Assembly: GCF_014857065.1 (NCBI RefSeq)
Contig: NZ_CP046533.1
Coordinates: 360,001 to 392,000, forward strand
Source of the DNA: Candidatus Saccharimonadota bacterium
GTDB taxonomy: Bacteria; Pseudomonadota; Gammaproteobacteria; Enterobacterales; Enterobacteriaceae
Length of the DNA stretch: 32,000 nt
Direction of reading: 5' to 3'
The first letter of the stretch is position 1. Each line of letters begins with the position of its first letter. Below the pieces are notes generated by a model. It saw only the letters and a list, made by a program, of their open reading frames with translations, ran no database searches and had not been told where the DNA came from. The translations under genes and the position numbers were made by a program. Below are positions 29,756 to 32,000 of the stretch, in pieces.

Positions 29756-30493
29756 TTAATACAATGATACTTCAAAACCAGGATTCAGAAAAGAATCACA
29801 TAACGTATATGCCAGGGAAGAACCATGCCAATCAATAATCTTAGCACCAGCAGCCATTGCTACAGCATAACCTGCAGCTGTATCCCATAATTTGATAGAA
29901 GAAAAACTCGGATAAAATTGTGCCTTACCCTCAGCTATCATACAAAATTTCAACGACGAACCAACCCTAATAAGTCTATATTTTTTAAATTTCAATAAAT
30001 ATTGTTGTAAGTCGTTTTCATTTAAATGAAAACGACTTACAACAATAGTTGGCGGAAAAATATTCTTAACATGAATTAAATGTTTATTATAACCATTATC
30101 TTTCCATGCTTGACCATTATACGCAGTATACAAACAATTAATAGCTGGAGCATATATTACACCAACTACAGGTATACCATTTTTAACTAAAGCAATATTA
30201 ACAGTAAATTCATTATTTCGCTTTAAAAATTCCTTGGTGCCATCTAATGGATCAACCAACCAAAAAAAATCGGAATCCTTCTTAAAAGAAAAACAATCCT
30301 CTTCAGAAACAATAGGAACATCAGGTGTTAAACGACGCAATCCACAAATAATGATCTTATGCGAAATCAAATCAGCACTAGTTACAGGAGAACTATCCTG
30401 TTTCTTATCTACAAAAAAAAACCTTTTATTATTATAAAACCTCATAATTGCTTTCCCAGCTTTACGGGAAAGCCTAATAATTTTTTCAATCAT
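29756..30493 (-). CDS. cysQ: 3'(2'),5'-bisphosphate nucleotidase
   Basis: Matches include SPVTSADL, LTPDVPIVSEED, WLVDPLDGTKEFLKRNNEFTVNIAL, GSSLKFCMIAEG, WDTAAGYAV and SFLNPGFEVS. The 245 aa product is collinear with E. coli CysQ. Confidence 0.95.
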   Translation of the reverse strand: MIEKIIRLSRKAGKAIMRFYNNKRFFFVDKKQDSSPVTSADLISHKIIICGLRRLTPDVPIVSEEDCFSFKKDSDFFWLVDPLDGTKEFLKRNNEFTVNIALVKNGIPVVGVIYAPAINCLYTAYNGQAWKDNGYNKHLIHVKNIFPPTIVVSRFHLNENDLQQYLLKFKKYRLIRVGSSLKFCMIAEGKAQFYPSFSSIKLWDTAAGYAVAMAAGAKIIDWHGSSLAYTLCDSFLNPGFEVSLY

Positions 30494-30630
30494 AAATAAA
30501 ATAACATAATAGAATATTTAAGATCATTTTTTTTAATGTACCATACGATATTATAAATATCAAAAATACCTTACATGTAAAAATTTATCACATTTATTTT
30601 AATATACTTATTTAAATTAAAGAATAAAAA

Positions 30631-31092
30631 CTAAATTTCTGAAGAAATAGTTACAACCACGCTGGAATAAATTCCACTATATAATTTAATTTTAACTGTA
30701 TGATTCCCAACAACACGCAAACCTTTATTAGAGACCCTAACCTCATTTTTAGATACTTTGACTCCAGCATTAGTTATAGCAATAGCTATATCACGAGCAC
30801 CTACAGAACCAAATAATTTACCTTCTGCGCCTACCTTGGATAAAATGACAATCGACCCAAGAGCATTAATTTTTTCTGAACGCACTCTAGCCATCATCTG
30901 TAATTGCAAAAATTTACTTTCTAATTCACTCTGCTTATTTTTAAAACGTGAAATATTTTTCTTTGTAGCAATAATGGCTTTTCCAGTGGGAAATAAAAAA
31001 TTACGAGCATATCCAGCTTTAACATAAAACAAAAAACCCACCTCACCGAGATTATCAACTTTTTCTAACAAAATAACACGTAATTGTTTCAT
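30631..31092 (-). CDS. rplI: 50S ribosomal protein L9
   Basis: Matches to E. coli L9 include VILLEKVDNLGE.G....VKAGYARNFL.P.GKA..ATKKN and EGKLFGSVGARDIA. Confidence 0.95.
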   Translation of the reverse strand: MKQLRVILLEKVDNLGEVGFLFYVKAGYARNFLFPTGKAIIATKKNISRFKNKQSELESKFLQLQMMARVRSEKINALGSIVILSKVGAEGKLFGSVGARDIAIAITNAGVKVSKNEVRVSNKGLRVVGNHTVKIKLYSGIYSSVVVTISSEI

Positions 31093-31116
31093 AAATTCTA
31101 CATCACAAAATACTAA

Positions 31117-31344
31117 CTAAAGATGACTATCTGTATAAGGTAAAAAGGCAATATAGCGCGCCCTTTTAATAGCACGTGACAAACGACGCTGAAATTTTGC
31201 AGCAGACCCCGTAATCCTACTAGGAACAATTTTACCACTCTCTATAACATAATTTTTCAACTTCGAGATATCTTTATAATCAATTTCAACATATTTATCT
31301 ATGTTAAATCTACAAAATTTACGACCACGAGAATAATACACCAT
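31117..31344 (-). CDS. rpsR: 30S ribosomal protein S18
   Basis: RKFCRF......[35 protein letters not shown]...LPYTD matches E. coli S18. The product is 75 aa. Confidence 0.97.
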   Translation of the reverse strand: MVYYSRGRKFCRFNIDKYVEIDYKDISKLKNYVIESGKIVPSRITGSAAKFQRRLSRAIKRARYIAFLPYTDSHL

Positions 31345-31479
31345 AAAAAATTTCCCAAATATTAGAATAATCGCATTAATACATATTAATCCATCAACCT
31401 AACAACGCGCAAATTATACTTATCATTCATCATAAAACACTAAAAACTATCTACCACTATTATCATTAATCTTCTACAA

Positions 31480-31821
31480 TTAAATACTATGTGAATCCTT
31501 ATCCTTAACCTGCATCATCGGGGATGAATCAGTAATTGCTTTTTTCACTTTTATAATCATATTACGAATTATATTATCATTAAATTTGAAAGTATTCTCC
31601 AATTTACTCAAGGTTTTAAAAGAAACCTCTATATTTAATAAAATATAATAAGCCTTATGCAATTTTTTAATTGGATATGCTAAAGTACGACGCCCCCAAT
31701 CTTCCAAACGATGTATTATTCCATTATCAACTAATATAAGATTCCTATATTGTTCAATCATACTATCAATATGCTCACTATAATCAGGATTAATCATTAA
31801 AACAATTTCGTAATGACGCAT
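31480..31821 (-). CDS. rpsF: 30S ribosomal protein S6
   Basis: MRHYEIVLMINPD.SE and IHRLEDWGRR.LAYPI.KLHKA.Y match E. coli S6. The start is trimmed to the ATG at 31821 (or 31824), downstream of GGAG. The acidic C-terminal tail is absent. Confidence 0.94.
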   Translation of the reverse strand: MRHYEIVLMINPDYSEHIDSMIEQYRNLILVDNGIIHRLEDWGRRTLAYPIKKLHKAYYILLNIEVSFKTLSKLENTFKFNDNIIRNMIIKVKKAITDSSPMMQVKDKDSHSI

Positions 31822-32000
31822 CATAAGAACTCCATACATATCTTATAAAACCATAAATAACTACAACAATACCAAATATCTATTTAGCACAGTCATGTAA
31901 ATAAAACACTTCTCATAAAAATAACATAAAATACCAAACCAACCTAACAATACACAATAGAAAATACATCGCACGCTTTTGCATGATACTAAATTTACTA

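Noticed and set aside
30234-31027. Plus-strand ORFs antisense to cysQ (30234-30437) and rplI (30758-31027).
   Set aside because: These are antisense shadows of conserved CDSs.
31861-32000. An open minus-strand frame entering from the right edge (VNLVSCKSVRCIFYCVLLGWFGILCYFYEKCFIYMTVLNRYLVLL*). It could be the 3' end of a gene upstream of rpsF.
   Set aside because: Only 45 codons are visible. The composition (F/L/V/C/Y) is what T/G-rich non-coding DNA yields, and I recognise no family. It cannot be called without sequence beyond the window.

Overview
This window is very AT-rich and looks like a reduced genome of an Enterobacterales-derived insect endosymbiont (Blochmannia/Buchnera-like). The exact taxon cannot be determined from the sequence alone. 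Almost all of it is conserved housekeeping content in E. coli-like order, mostly on the minus strand: thrA (edge-truncated), holD, deaD, pnp, rpsO, truB, rbfA, infB, nusA, rimP, tRNA-fMet, tRNA-Leu(GAG), secG, glmM, folP, ftsH, rlmE, greA, ppa, ispB, then rplU-rpmA-obgE on the plus strand, then cysQ, rplI, rpsR, rpsF. I see no transposase, phage, CRISPR, toxin-antitoxin or defence-like genes, and no rRNA. I do not see a novel multi-gene system. The most unusual feature is a 5.1 kb stretch (24665-29755) with almost no open reading frames, in a genome where other spacers are under 0.9 kb. By-eye comparison with E. coli sequences recalled from memory, plus synteny logic, suggests it is the eroded remains of the tamA-tamB (ytfM-ytfN) outer-membrane translocation and assembly module. 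That reading needs a real alignment. Other observations: a perfect 32-bp-arm palindrome in a roughly 10% GC spacer; an inversion of the ppa-ispB-rplU-rpmA-obgE block relative to E. coli; an Obg GTPase with both invariant G3 (DxxG) residues replaced; long homopolymer tracts inside essential genes; and loss of nlpI, yhbY, dacB, yhbE, priB and the thr leader.
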